DNA from: Podarcis melisellensis
Taxonomy: Eukaryota
Direction: 5' to 3' (one strand)
Assembly (NCBI GenBank): GCA_964234715.1
Contig: OZ174283.1
DNA length: 64,000 nt
Part shown: positions 1 through 14,194 of the stretch, piece after piece
Position numbering within the stretch: the stretch's first letter is position 1
How the letters are laid out: every line of letters starts with the position of its first letter
Program-made: the position numbers and the translations under genes
The notes under the pieces: model-generated
Database searches by the model: none
The model's input: the letters and a program-made list of their open reading frames with translations, nothing else
What the model was told of the DNA's origin: nothing

Positions 1-2341
1 TCTGCCTTCTTATTTGGGTAAGGTTAACCCTACTTGGGCTCGTCCGCGAAAACAGATGGATCCTGATAGATTCCGACAAGCCTTGCGGGACCCTGCTCCT
101 CCTGGCGACTCATTAGATGACCTTGTTGAGGACTGGAATAACCGGCTCTTGACAGCCATTGATGAGATCGCGCCTAAGCGCCCTCTGCGACCCCGTCGAA
201 ACCGGGCCCCTTGGTTTACTGAGGAGCTCTGGAAAATGAAGCAGGATCTCAGACGGCTAGAGCGAGTATGGCGATGGACCCGTGACGGAGCCTCAAGAAC
301 ATCTTATAGGACGCTTATGAAAGCCTATGAGATGGCTATGAAAGCTGCTAAGAAATCTTACTTTGCAACTTCCATTGCATCCGCTAGCTCTCACCCGGCA
401 CAACTTTTTAGAATAATTAGGTCAATACCGTCCTTAGGAGGACAACCAAATTTAAGCACAAATTCGACCCACAGCTGTGAGGCATTTGCGAGCTTTTTTG
501 AGGAGAAAGTCCTGTTGCTCCACCGTGACCTCCCTGCCAATTTAGATACAGTGACTGAACTGACCCTCGACTGACTTCAGGTCCAGTGCTGGACCATTTC
601 GATCAGATACTCCCTGCTGATGTGGATAGATTCCTCCAAGTTGGTAGGCCCACCACCTGCCTCCTTGATCCATGCCCATCTTGGCTGATTAGGGAGTGTC
701 CAGATGTTGCACGGTTGAAATTATCAATTTGTCCCTTGACACGGGGACATTCCCAGGGGAACTGAAGGAAGCAGTAGTGTGTCCACTCTTAAAGAAAACT
801 TCATTAGATCCCTTAGACCTATCCAATTACCGCCCAGTTTCAAATCTTCCATATTTGGGTAAGGTAATTGAGAGAGCGGTTGCTGAACAGTTTGGTAGGT
901 TTCTGGAGGAAACATCGGCTTTAGATCCATTTCAGTCCGGTTTCCGTCCTGGTTTTGGGACTGAGACGGCTCTGGTTGCCCTCACAGATGATCTCCGTAG
1001 ACAACTGGATCGAGGCGGGTCAGGACTGCTGATCCTTTTAGATTTGTCAGCAGCCTTTGACATGGTCGACCATGATCTTCTGGACCACCGCCTCGCACAC
1101 GTGGGGATACAGGGCATAGCCCGTAACTGGCTGTGCTCTTTTATCTCTGGTCGGGGACAGAGGGTGGCACTAGGGAGGGAAATGTCGTCGTGCCATTCCT
1201 TGGTGTGTGGAGTGCAATTCTCTCCCCGATGCTTTTTGACATCTTTATGTTAAAAGATTATCCGGAGCTTTGGGCTGGGCTGTCACCAATATGCTGATGA
1301 CACTCAGCTCTGTCTGCTGATGGATGGCCACACCGACTCGGCCCCAAACACACTGACCAGATGCTTGGAAGCTGTGGCTGGATGGTTTCGTGGGAGCCGA
1401 TTGAAACTAAATCCTTCGAAGACAGAGGTCCTATGGCTGGGTTGGGATGGCATGGGGATGAGGGACCAACTCCCTTCTCTTGCGGGGGCACAACTAGTGC
1501 CATTGCCTTCCGTTAAGAGTTTGGGTGTAATCCTTAATGCCTCCCTTTCCATGGAGGCGCAAGTTACAGCAACAGCCAAGGCGACATTTTTCCACCTTCG
1601 CCGCATCAAGCAGTTGGTCCCTTACCTTTCCCGCCCCGACCTGGCCACAGTGATCCATGCGACGGTCATCTCCAGGCTTGACTACTGTAATTCGCTCTAC
1701 GCGGGGCTGCCCTTGAAGCTGACCCAGAAACTCCAGAGAGCGCAGAATGCTGCAGTGAGGCTTCTCACGGGGTCTCTGCCACGGGAGCATATTCACCCAG
1801 TGCTTTTCAAACTGCACTGGCTCCCGGTAGAGTACGGGGTCAGATTTAAGGTGCTGCTTTTGACCTTTAAAGCCCTTCATGGCCTAGGACCCTCGTACCT
1901 GCGGGACCACCTCTCCCAGTATGCCCCACGGAGAGCCTCAAGGTCCATAAATAGCAACACCCTAGTGGTCCCGGGGCCTAAGGAAGTTAGATTGGCTTCA
2001 ACCAGAGCCAGGGCCTTTTCAACTCTGGCTCCAGCCTGGTGGAACGCTCTGCCTCATGAGACCAGGGCCCTGCAGGATCTGATTTCTTTCTGCAGGGCCT
2101 GTAAGACAGAGTTGTTCCACCTGGCCTTTGGCTTGGAGCCAATTTGGTTCCCTCCCTTTCTTTCTTTTTTCCTTTCCTTCTCCTCCTGCGATGAGGCTAC
2201 ATTTTAATATTTTAATGTTTCCATATTTTAATGTTGTATTTTAATTTTGTTTTTAAGTTGTAATCATTCAATTTGTTTTTATTATTGCTTGTAAGCCGCT
2301 CTGAGCCCGGCCTTGGCTGGGGAGGGTGGGGTATAAATAAA
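1..2341 (+). mobile_element. L2-clade LINE, 3' part of ORF2 (reverse transcriptase), disrupted; continues beyond the left edge
   Basis: ORFs 14-574, 696-1253 and 1320-2207 are frame-broken pieces of one RT protein: [33 protein letters not shown] (about 1290) and the L2-type YCNSLYAGLP / LHWLPV C-terminus. AATAAA at 2336-2341, then a (TTA)n tail. Confidence 0.92.
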
Positions 2342-2345
2342 AAAA

Positions 2346-2393
<48 letters not shown>

Positions 2394-2403
2394 TACTACT
2401 ACT
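2346..2403 (+). repeat. (TTA)n/(CTA)n microsatellite, the 3' tail of the L2 element
   Basis: Direct trinucleotide run immediately after the L2 3' end. Confidence 0.9.
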
Positions 2404-3024
2404 TAAGTTAGCCTAATGTTTTGATGAACTCAAAAGGTTTCTTACTACTTTAAGTTGTTTTGGTTGGACCTAATGAAAATATTAGAGGCATTCAAACACT
2501 GAATGCATGAAGGAAAACAAAATTACATCTTCTGATCATGCTGCAGTCCCAACCAATAATATGTCTACTGGTGATGCCTCCAGTTGCCAATGTTTTTATA
2601 TTATTATTATTATTAATAATAATAATAATATTCACCTTTCCTTCTACTCTCTGGTCTGCTGCTGTGGCCTTTATCAGCTTTAGTCCCTTGCCTGTCAATT
2701 ACCCTACTTCCATCCCTTTCATTCCCTTTTGGCAGTACCCAGATCTATCCTTCCTCATGAAGATAGGTGTAGACTTTCATGGTGGCAGAAAGACTGTGGT
2801 GGAATCTACACAGACTTTTAAAAAAGCTGTTAAAAAGCTGATAAAATGCTTTTTTAAAAAAATGTTTTGAAAAATACATTGAATTTGGCACAGCTCACTG
2901 TCGCCATCGAGTATACATCTAATATATATTTGTATATTGCACTTTATAACACATTTAAAATGTTTTATATGCAGCTGTGTAGCTGAGTCCCCTGTCTCCC
3001 AGGGTCTGTGAATGAACAGAATAG

Positions 3025-3069
3025 AGGGAGGAGGGGAGGAGGAGGAGGAGGAGGAGGAGAGAGAGAGAG
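3025..3069 (+). repeat. (GGA)n/(GA)n purine microsatellite
   Basis: Visible repeat. Confidence 0.8.
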
Positions 3070-3117
3070 CGCAGTGGAAGTTTATCTCAGTGGGGAGATG
3101 CAATCTACACACTACAC

Positions 3118-3253
3118 CAGGTTTCCTCAAACTCGGCCCTCTAGATATTTTTGGCCTACAACTCCCATGATCTCTAGCTAGCAGGACCAGTGGTCAGGGA
3201 TGATGGGAATTGTAGTTTCAAAACATCTGGAGGGCCGAGTTTGAGGAAACCTG
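3118..3253. mobile_element. Palindromic hAT-type MITE
   Basis: Long TIRs CAGGTTTCCTCAAACTCGGCCCT / AGGGCCGAGTTTGAGGAAACCTG; exact 8-bp TSD CACTACAC at 3110-3117 and 3254-3261. Confidence 0.88.
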
Positions 3254-4093
3254 CACTACACCACTGCTATGGAATGAAGAAAGAGGTGCCAGCAATTCAA
3301 CATGTTAGCAAGCATGAATTGCTGTCTTAGTTTTTCTTGTAAATAGCTCCCCGGAGGATAAAAGAGGCACACACCAAAATATTATTCAGTCCACCACCAC
3401 ACCTGTAACAAGTTCAATATTTCAACAGTACAAAAGTCTACTAAGAGATGAAACCAAAAAGGTCCCTTTAAATTTTAATCTCCCGTATGTGCTGTAGCTG
3501 TGAATCAAAGGCTGGACAGGGAAGGAATCCTGTTAGAGGAAAGTGCCAGTGAAAACAGTTAAGCGCTAGAACCATTTCATTATAGGGCAGCTCTTGGCTT
3601 GTGCCTCTGTTGCTTTGTGGGCAATTTGGTTAGGGCAAATAAACAAATCACACTTAAGCCATGGCTAGGGAAGTGCTTGTGTTTGCACAGCATCTGACTG
3701 AGGCATAGGCTAAGAGCATTAAGCCAACAGCTTATTTTCACTAACAAGCCATAGTTAAAAGAACATAGCCAAGGCACTAGGTTGGGGGTCATACCTAACA
3801 CTAAACCATGGTTTATTAACCAAGATTTATTGGAACCATTATTTAACCCGATGGGTAAACCAGTTCAGTGGCTGTGTCATTCAAGACTTTTTAAGCACGA
3901 GGTCATTTTCTTTTATCTCTTGCCCATCATATGGAAAAAACAAAATGGGAGGGGGGGATGGGACATGTTATTTTAACTATAGCACCATATGTCGTTTAGA
4001 ATTGGGCCTAGTGTCTTGAACTAGGAGGAAGAGGATTCTAGTGCTACTGGGCTAGGCTGTGGATGGGGAAGGAGATAATGGTTCAGGAAGTAC

Positions 4094-4620
4094 TCACGGA
4101 GTGATGGAGAATGGTGAGAGGATAGGAGTCAGTGCATGAGAACCAGAGCTGCAGGACTCATCACCACGAACACGGCAGGCTCTGAGATGTAGGGAGCAGT
4201 GGGTGGGTGCTCTAGGAGGCTGAGACAGGCAAGGGCACACTGCCCAGCTCCCTAGCAGGCCAGGTGGGGCTTGCTGGCTCTGGGAGGAGGTGTGTGATTC
4301 CTCAGCTAGAGTAAGCTCAGAACAGGTGAGGGTCACCTGCCTCATCAAGCCCAGATGCTGCAATCAGCAGACAAGGGATACAAGGGAAGCAGAGCTGAAG
4401 TGCTGGGTCTGTTGGATGTTCCAGGGACTGTGCTTCAGGATTAAACTCGTGCAGGGCTGACCTCCAGGTGTCCTGACCCCTGGATTGGCTGTAGAGGTGG
4501 AAACCTGGCCTGACTGGACTTTGGACTCATTTGCTGTGTACTAGCATCTGCCTTGGGATTGCACACTCCAGCAGATACCAAACAGGTACCCATCAGGTAC
4601 CCAGTGGCTCAGAACCCCTA
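4094..4620 (+). mobile_element. Possible degraded solo LTR
   Basis: GC-richer island with a TATA-like 'gggatacaaggg' motif, resembling the reverse of the 14195-14584 LTR; termini and TSD not resolved. Confidence 0.35.
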
Positions 4621-7600
4621 GCTTTCTTTTCTCACTCAAAAGATAAGACTTCCAACTTAAGTTTCCATTCAGGTAGCTGATCAGGTCTGAGATATGAACA
4701 GTGCAGACTACCTAATAGATTTATTAGGAAGTGGTATCGTAACGCAATCATTTTGGAAAAGTTCTGCACAGATGAGCTCTTGAGGAGATCAAGCTCCATC
4801 TCAGCTGATACATAAATACATCAGCGGTGCATGTTGGTAAATTCTCTTATTTGAGTTATGGCCATAAAGGGCCACATCACCTTCTAACAGCCATTCTAGG
4901 AATGGGAATGTAGAGCATAAGTTACTGCTCTGTGTCAAATCTAAGTCTCAGAATGGTTTATCCAGGAAGTGGGGAGATGCTAAGGAGCCTTTATAAATAA
5001 CAATATAAGAATGCCTCACATCCCAAGAGCAGCTGAAATGCAACATTTTTGCTGAGTTACTTGTGGTGCAGTAAAAGTGGTGTAATTTATGATAATATGA
5101 ACATTTTATTTCCCCCTGCACTGCCACCTAAGGTTATGACAACCTTATATATTATACTAGGTTAGGTGTTGCTTTCGTCTTTGGCAAGGCAAGATCTGCC
5201 CTGATCTTAGGGTGTCCTATTTTACAGATGGCAGTCCCATCTTTGAAAGAGTCCTCTCTTTGAAGGGCTCTCTAATATAAGCACAGTTTTGAGATAGGAC
5301 CATAGGAATAGGAGATTGGAGGCTTTGATGGTTGCCTATCAAAAGTTAGTCCCTGGACAACAGATAGAGCAGGCAGACAGGTCACCTGGTCGCAGTCTCC
5401 TCTATGAAGGTGAAGCACATCATATTTCTATTTAAATCCTATTTCTATATTGCCCTTCATCTGAAGATCACAGATGGTTTACAATACAAAAACACAAAAC
5501 GATAAATACAGAAGTGAATATAGAAAAGCTTTTCTCATGTGCTTGTGTGTTCATCAGCCTGTATGTTTGTGTGTATGACTTTTCATGGCAGAACATTTGA
5601 ACTTATGAAAAGCATTATTATCAGAGCTCAACAAACCTGGATGACAGCTACATCCTCAGGCCAGAAAAGTCCTGTGTATTAACCCTATACGTGTGAAATA
5701 GTCTGTGACTACCTGGTGGAATAAGAAATGTAGATTCAATGAAGTCTTTCACTAAACGTATTGTGGAATATTCGCCATGGCTAACCAAATGTACAAATGA
5801 GTACATATAAGCCTATAATTAGGATTATACACATACTTGCAGTATCTGGGTCCGTGTATTATATACAGTATAGGAAAAATATTTTTAACAAAAAAAGTTA
5901 TTTAAAAGCTCACAACAATAGCGGCTGTCTCCAGAGCTTTGTTTACTGCATACAGGCCAACTTCTAGCTATTCAATATTCCCATCATGAGGATGACGCTT
6001 TATTCAGCGCCATCACTACTTTACCGAGTATCACAGACAAAAGATAAGGTTTTTGCTGAAAAAGGCAGGAAGGGAAGCAATGAGGAAGGAAAAGTTAAGA
6101 ATGAATTTCAGTAACCTAGGCTGCATTCAGATGTAGGGTTTATTGTGTTCCTTTTGCTGGTCATAATACTAGCAGTTCTGCCCCAATTTCTAGTGTTCTT
6201 TTTACAAAGCAGTGTTCCACAATGGTGGCTTTTTGATCAATATGCTACCATGTCGCACTAAATTTCCTTCACACCCGTGGCTGTCGTGTGACCCAACAAG
6301 AAAGAGCTCTGTACATGTCACCGCTCAACCCACCTTACCACACATGAGTCACTGCTTGTTATACCAAAATAGGGTTTAAATTACCTTGATAATTATTCTA
6401 GCTGGCACAGGAACCTTCTGTGTCAAGTATGTCTTGTTTATACAGCAAAATAAGATTTGGAAAGATGTTCTGAATCCTTAAACCAAAAGCCTTGCCAAAT
6501 GCTGAGCCTAGTCTGTTTATCACAGACTTTCAAAACATTTGCAGCAAGAAAAGAAAGTAATTGCTGTCGGGAAGCAGTGCTTATTTAAAAGACACCATTA
6601 AAAACTGTTCAGTGAAAGGTGAAAGGAAATTAATTATAGCAGTGGCTTATCTCACAGTGACTGCAAGCCTGGAGAATTTTCTCTAGGAGTGACATTTTAA
6701 ATCCAGGACATTTGATAAAACAAGAGAATCCTATGCCCTTCCTCTGTTCCCTCTCCTACAGATAGTTCTTCTTTCCCCTAAGGATTATGGGATGACTTGT
6801 GTGAACTGTTAAAGGAGTTAATTAAAGACAGTTGGATGAACTGCAGTTTTTTTAAAAAACCTTTTGTAAAAACAACACACACACAACCCCCAGCCCCAAC
6901 CCATTAAAAGTAATTTAGCACAGGAAACCAATTCCTGCCGCTGGGATTCCATCTTAATCATTAACATGGCACCCTTATAAAAGCTACAGGATAACAAGAG
7001 TCTTCAGAGACATATACCATAGTTAAAATCCTGCAGATGGTTGAAGGGCAGAAAATCCAAAGCAATCCCAACCCCTGAGCAAGAATTAACCTTACCCTCA
7101 CCTGTGTGAGATTTAATTTTTTTTTTGCACATTCCTGATAGCTAGTACATTGCAGAAAAGCCTTAAAGGATAATTATACAATTATACATTCATAAGTAGC
7201 ATCATCAAACGGGTTTCTACTTCACTCTTTCACTGGCTCCCCTGGCTCTCCCATTTGTAAAAAAAAGTACAATTTCTAAAAGCTGAATGTTTTGCTTATT
7301 AACTTCCCATAATCACTTCCTTGGCAGCAAAAAAAAAACAAACCTAATTTCTACAGGACGTTCATTTCCTGAATCCATCTCTACCGCTCTCTAGAAAACC
7401 ACTTGTCACAAATTGTGCAAATCATGTATATATGCCAATCTCCAATGATTGTAATGACTAATGATGAGATTCAGTACAGTTTTCATTTTGCAAACAAAAA
7501 ATCAACATTGAATTCAAATTTAGGAAACCCCCCCAATCCAAACCCCAACACTGATCCCACGAGTCTTTCAGATCGTTTTATACATGAAGCAGCACCTCTG

Positions 7601-7914
7601 AAGTTTATTGCTTGGAGAGTCATTAGAGGCACTTGTTTTATTTGCTCTGTCTCTGTATTAACAGCTGATGTCTGCATCTGAAATCACAGCCAGGATGCTA
7701 AAATAGAAAGAGCAGAGTAAGATGCAAAGTATCTGGAGCACCGGGGCTGCTACAAAGGCAAGATGGCATGAGCAGAGGCATCGCTTCCCCTCCCCACCTC
7801 CAAAAGCATTCAGTGGCCATGGGGGTTGAAGATATTTTCAAGTTTTTGTGTGCCAAAAATCCACAGACCTTCAGCATAGTAACTGAGCATGGGAATACTG
7901 TATCAAATTGATAT

Positions 7915-8420
7915 ATAAAAAAACACAGAACCCTCTTTATGTGCGCAACCACAGTGGCAAGGATTTTAATAGCAAAAAAATTGGAAAGGTGATGTAATCC
8001 CCACAAAAACTGATTGGCAAGCAAAGATGATAGAATATTCAGAACTTGCAAGGGTGACTGGGAGAATAAGAGGAAATACTAACCAGACATTTAGTAAAGA
8101 TTGGACAATGTTCAAAAAATATCTTAAAAAGTACTGTAATAACACAAATCTCCTGACAGATTTGGATTGAATATTGAAGTTTAAGGAAATTATAAAGAAT
8201 CCCCCTCCCCCCCCCCCCGGTAATTAACTGAAAAGAATAATAAAAATGCATACAGACGAGTACAGTACAAAAAGCACAATGAGGTGAATCAGAAGTTAAA
8301 GCGTATGTAATATCAAATGAGGTGTTGTTAGTCAGTGTCTATGGTCTGTTTATGTTGTTTTTTGTTTTGTTTACATTCTATGTAAATTGTTTTGTATTAA
8401 AGAATATATATTTTTTTAAA
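7915..8420 (+). mobile_element. L1-clade LINE 3' fragment
   Basis: Degenerate translation ATTVARILIAK.WKGDVIPTKTDWQAKMIEYSELA resembles the end of squamate L1 ORF2; AT-rich tail follows. Boundaries approximate. Confidence 0.6.
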
Positions 8421-9399
8421 AACTAAGCATGGGAAATCTCCTTGAGCATGCAATGGCACATGTAAGAAGGGGAAACAGGGAGACTTGCTCTTAATTCCAG
8501 AGCCATTGGTTGAGAAATATATTTGAGAATGCTATAAAGGTTTCCATCTAAGCAGTACTGGGGGGCAGGGGAGACGCTGTTTATCTTGTGCCCTCTTATC
8601 TCTGCAGACACTCATATAATTCTATTGCTATCACCAAGACTCTTTATCAAGAAAAAGATGAAGGCAACAGACGACAGAAACTGGTTAGTGTGGTCTGTTT
8701 TCAGAAAAGCTTCTGGTTGGTTGCAGGCTACATTAAGCTGTTGAGTTTTTCTCCCCTTATGGCACCCTTCAGCCCATGTGGAGACGGTAGAGAGAAATGT
8801 GGGAGCATCTCATTTTTACATTTAGATGCAAAAGTCATCCCCTCCACGGAACATGGCCCAAAGAACACACAGCTGCAGTGTGGGAAACACAGATCTGGGG
8901 TAGGAAATGTAGAAAAACCAAACTTTAATCTCTATACTAGATCATAACTGTAATTCAGGGTCACAAGGCTGAAATATAGTTGAAATAATCTGCTAAAACT
9001 TCAGGGGCAATGCAGAGCGTTCCACTAAGTGTTTTTCAAACTGCCTGCCTATGTATCCAAACCTGTGCATAGGCAGGGGAGATGAGGAAATAGAAGGAAA
9101 CCACACATGGGTGCTGTGCTTGAGGTTGAGGTAGAACTGAACTGGTCCCTTAGAATTTAAGGGTCTATTCCACGTGGTTGCAATCCAATGTCTCCTGCTT
9201 TGATGACTCAACAGTATTTCACCCAGCTGATTTGATGAATCACAGCAAGGAAATGGGACTGAAACAAATATTCAAATTTCACCAGCAATCTCACCACTCA
9301 AATTGCGAACGTGACACTTTGAATTTCAAACTTAAATTTACATTCTGAATGTGAAATGCCTCCAAATAACAGAGTTCTGTGCATGTTAGTTATCAAATA

Positions 9400-9641
9400 C
9401 AGTGGTACCTCGGGTTAAGAACTTCATTCATTCTGGAGGTCCGTTCTTAACCTGAAACTGTTCTTAACCTGAAGCACCACTTTAGCTAATGGGGCCTCCC
9501 ACTGCCACCGCGCCGCCGGAGCACGATTTCTGTTCTCATCCTGAAGCAAAGTTCTTAACCCAAGGTACTATGTCTGGGATAGCAGAGTCCGTAACCTGAA
9601 GCGTATGTAACCTAAAGCATCTGTAACCCAAGGTACCACTG
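9400..9641. mobile_element. Tc1/mariner-type MITE, family A
   Basis: TIRs CAGTGGTACCTCGGGTTA / TAACCCAAGGTACCACTG with TA TSDs; homologous, in reverse orientation, to the copies at 40635 and 43121. Confidence 0.9.
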
Positions 9642-11041
9642 TACAGTGAAACACTGGATACTATTGCATTCCAACAACCATGTTAATGCCATTGCATGTC
9701 AACTAGCTTGTGATGGGGATGGAAGAGTAGGAACAGTGGCATCCTCCTGGAAGTGAGCAGAATTATCAGGATGAGGTCAGGCAATGAGTAGCTTTGGGAT
9801 GGCAGTGTTGACCAACCTAGAACTCCTCAGACAGACCTCACCAACCTTGTACTGCTTCACACTGCCCCATCTCTTTCCTGATGAACACACCTAAATAAAA
9901 CTACAACCAGCAAAGATGATTGAAGGTTTACCTAACAAGTAAACTAAACTACAACTCTCGTTTAGTGCTGAACAAAAGTAGCTGTACAAAGTGCATGAAA
10001 AGCTTTCCTTTTCTGAGAACTCCCCCCCCCCCTTCCACACACAGACTGTAACAGCTGCTTACTATTCTAAGCAGCAATCAATAGTATTACCCGGGGTTTG
10101 TTTTCCAGAAAAATAATCTCTGCCTTTACTGCAAACATGACTTTGAGCAGATCTCTCAGGATTAAACTGGCATTTTGAAAGGTGTGCATGCATTGGTTTG
10201 GCTCCTCCAAAACAACATACAGTAATCACAGGGGGAATGTTGCCAAAAGTTGATAACTAGCTATCCTCCAAAGAACACAGAGAGAACCATAGTACACACC
10301 TGTCTTCAGAGATACAGTAAAGAAGAGCTAGTTCAAAGTCACTCTTTCTCAGTGCTTGCTGTGTTATTTGATCATGTGACTAGGTATTTTTGCCCAAGGC
10401 CAAGTTCATGATTGAACCCTGCTGGATCAGAGCAAAAGCCCAGCTAGTCTGGCATCCTGTTTTCACCCTGGTCGATGACATGCCAATGAAAATCTCCTAA
10501 GCACAAGAACACTCATCTCACACCTGGACCCAGTAATTAGTTCATTTTTCATTTGTCACTAACTTCATCTCTTGCAACCACTGTTTCCTCCAATTCTTCA
10601 GACTCTCTTCCTGAGAAACTTAATTCAGGTGCAGGGATCTGTCTTACACAGCAGAAAAATAGATGCAAAGAATGAACACAAATGTATGAAGTTACTTTAC
10701 CCTGAGTCAGAACATGGGAACATTAACTCTTACTGGCAACAACTCCCCAAACCTACAAGCAGGGCTCTTTCCCATCACCTGCTACTTGTGATTTTTAACT
10801 GGAAATGCTAAGGGTTCAATCCAAGACATACTACATGAAAAACACGTGCAGCTGTGCTAATGAGCTGTTGCTTTTCTGGGATTCTTCATGGGGTTGTTGT
10901 GAGGATGAAATAGGGAGGGGGGGACAGCATGTATGCCACCTTGAGCTCCTTGAAGGAAAGGTGAGCTATGAATGCAATAAATAAAGGTAAAGGTAGAAGT
11001 ATGTTGTTTTGTCAGCTTGGTGCTCTTCAGATGTACCCAAC

Positions 11042-11181
11042 CAGGTATTGGGGAACCTGTGGCCCTCTTTTTGTTGTTGGACTTCAACTCTTATCAGCCT
11101 AAGCTAGCATGGCCAAGGGCCAGAAACTATGAGAGTTGTAGGACATCAGTATCTGGAAAGGCCACAGGTTCCCTGCCCTTG
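11042..11181. mobile_element. Older palindromic hAT-like MITE
   Basis: Imperfect TIRs GGGAACCTGTGGCC / GGCCACAGGTTCCC; internal core related to 3118-3253. Confidence 0.65.
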
Positions 11182-11189
11182 TTCTAGAC

Positions 11190-11521
11190 CAGGGGACCCA
11201 ACCTGTTGCCCATGGGCCAGAAGCGGCCCACAGAGGTCACTTAACCAGCCCACAAGCCGCCCCCAAACCAAGCCGCCCATTCAGCGAGTCCCCACACGCT
11301 GCACTAAACCGGCACAGCATGGCGCAGGGACTCTGTTCTGTGGCTCTGGAAATTGCTTTTGCACAGGCGCTATTTTCAGCATCTGGCATGCACAGAAGCG
11401 ATTTCCGGCGCTGCAGACATACACAGATGCAATTTCCAGTATAGGACTGCACCGGTCTGGCCCACGGAGGATCTCCGTGGGAGTGATCCAGCCCGTGCCG
11501 AGTAAGCCTTGCTGACCCCTG
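11190..11521. mobile_element. hAT (Charlie-like) non-autonomous element
   Basis: CAGGGG...CCCCTG termini; exact 8-bp TSD TTCTAGAC at 11182-11189 and 11522-11529. Confidence 0.85.
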
Positions 11522-12659
11522 TTCTAGACTATTCCAATTACAGCACAGGTGCAACATGATAGACTAGGCAGGGTGATGGTAATCAGAGCTTTCTTTTTCT
11601 GCTATTTCATGGATCAAATTCCCCCATCCCATTAGATTTTTTTTTTGTTGGGGGGGGCAGGAATATGAAAGAAAAAAGAAAGACCTGTTGCACTGGTTTG
11701 TTTCCCTCATGGAGCTAACGGCAACTTTGTCAGGGAAACTCCATGACTTTTATCAGGAAAATGGCGTGGGGGGAAAGTTCAGTGCTTCCGTTGTAACATG
11801 TAGTTTGGCCCTATCATCCTGTAGTTCAAAATCATGGCCTCTTCTCCAGTCTTGCCCTTATGATACCTTTCGTAAACCTTCAATGCACCCTACTTTACAG
11901 GGTTACCCTATTCAGGAAATAAGGCCCACTGAGTTCCTCATAGGAAAGTGAGTATATGATTGCAGCCTAAATCTTTTCCATTTCTGACTTGGTGGATGAT
12001 TTCTTATATGAAAGAACTAAATTGTGTCACAAGAACATCAAGGGGCTCACATCATCTGGCAAGTTCTGTGCCCCATAATCATTTCCAAAGCTCAGGCAGC
12101 TTGGAATAAAATGGAAACATTAAAAGTGATCAAAGGAGATTATGTGGACTAGAGAGAGCTTTCGTGGCAAAATGGGAGCTCAGAAAATGAAGAATATCAT
12201 AAATCTTGCAGACAATCCCCCCCCCCATCCTGTGTGTATGGTGGAAAGAACTCCCTTGTTCCATTTGCATCTGCACACCGGTTTCCATTTAGAATTGTAC
12301 CTAGAAGTCAATTTCCCACACTGTGAAGGCTGGTGTTGCATATCAGGTAATTGAAAATAAACATGAAGCGAATGAAGCAGAACTTACATTTACCCCAATT
12401 TGTCCCTCCATGCTATCATTGCTTGGCTCCGTTGAAAGGGAATGATAGCTATGGAACATGCAAGCAGCAAATAACAGCTAAGGAATGATTAGAAACAGTA
12501 TATGAAACAAAGCAGGAAACACCCTGATGCAGCCACAGCTAGGGGGCCACTTGTGCAGCACCAAAAAGGAAGAGAAGCATCACCCCGAAAGGGACAAAAA
12601 GGGCACATATCTGTAGAAGATTCTATATGATGAATATACAGATCCTATATGATGAGTAT

Positions 12660-13014
12660 GGGACGCAGGTGGTGCTGTGGGTTAAACCACAGAGCCTAGG
12701 ACTTGCCAATCAGAAGGTTGGCGGTTTGAATCCCCGCTACGGGGTAAACTCCCGTTGCTCGGTCCCTGCTCCTGCCAACCTAGCAGTTCAAAAGCATGTC
12801 AAAGTGCAAGTAGATAAATAGGTACTGCTCTGGCGGGAAGGTAAACGGCGTTTCCATGCGCTGCTCTGGTTCGCCAGAAGCAGCTTAGTCATGCTGGCCA
12901 CATGACCCAGAAGTTGTATGCCGGCTCCCTTGGCCAATAAAGCGAGATGAGCACCACAACCCCAGAGTCGGCCACGACTGAACCTAATGGTCAGGGGTCC
13001 CTTTATCTTTACCT
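12660..13014 (+). mobile_element. Sauria SINE, full length
   Basis: tRNA-like head GGGACGCAGGTGGTGCTGTGGGTTAAACC with B-box-like GGTTTGAATCC; (ACCTTT)-type tail; imperfect TSD CCTATATG..GAGTAT. Confidence 0.92.
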
Positions 13015-14194
13015 ATATGGGGAGTATAGCTGCAGATTTAAGGGGAAGGAATGGGCACCATTGAAATATAAATTATACAGTATTGTTTTATTGGTTGTTG
13101 TTAAGTTTTAATATTGTGGGCACCACTTTGGTATTCGTTTTTGTACATGAAAAGCAGTACATAAATATTTTAATGAAATAGTGGTAATTAATCAATTAAT
13201 TTGTATTGCCATCATAAGGAAGGCTAATCAGTCTCCTCTCCAGATGTGAGCTTTGGATGAGTAGCATCAAGAGTCCTGCTCTCTCTTTTAAGGATTATTT
13301 AAGCCAGACTTGGAGCAGACAGCTCTTCAAATTGAGGATGAAAAATAGGGCAGTGCATGCTGCCTCTGATCCGATTTGGTGGCCTTATATCATGATGCAA
13401 TTGTGGGGTGGGGGGAGACATGCATCTTTTTTTTCGCCCTCCTGGCTGCATGTTTAAAGCAGGAAAGGGGGAATGAGGGGGCACACACATCTTCTCCCCT
13501 CTCTCCCTGACACCAAACTGCCCTTGGGGTAGGTAGCTCTGTTTTGACTCAGGAATGGCGCAACCCAATCTGGCCGAATCCTGGGTCAATGCGAATTCAC
13601 CAGATTCAGATTTGGCTGGATCTGCTGCACAGCCCTTGTAGAACCCATTGACCATCCTACTCACAGATGGAATATTATGCATACTTCAGGTTATTTATGG
13701 GGAAAGGCCCAATATATGCTTCAACCTTCAACAGCCATTAGCTGCCTGAACCCTTCCCATTATCTTCCCATAATTAAGCTTCCTTGTTGCAATGATACAA
13801 GCATTGATTGCAAGTGGTACTCAGATTGTATGGTTAGTTTTCATGCCAGCACTGCACTGGCACTGAAGTCACTGTGATGAAATGTAAAACACATCATCTG
13901 GGTGGCCCACACCACGGAGGTGATTGGTTAGGGTGAATGGAACACTGCCCCACTAACTTCAGTCAGCTGATCTGCCTGCCTTCTTACATGCTACCAGTTC
14001 AGTGGATGGCACTTACTGACAGCTGCTTCCTCTTTAGTCTCAGTGTTGCCTTTGTCAAACTCAGCAGGGAGCAGCAGACCAAGTGGGTTCTGCCTGTCAT
14101 TGTTTCTGGCTCCACTTCCTGTTGGCCATCCTTACTTCTACCCTGTCATTTTCTGCTGGGCCCTTGCCGTTGGTATTTCTAAGCGCATGATGAA

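Noticed and set aside
2420-2490. TGATGA...AAAAG hammerhead-like or PLE-like remnant
   Set aside because: Core degenerate and no stem II; too weak to call.
2538-2870. 110-aa hydrophobic ORF resembling a membrane protein
   Set aside because: Hydrophobicity comes from a (TTA)n(ATA)n microsatellite.
13346-13637. TAGGGCAGTGCA...TGCACAGCCCT possible hAT element
   Set aside because: Short imperfect TIR with no matching TSD.
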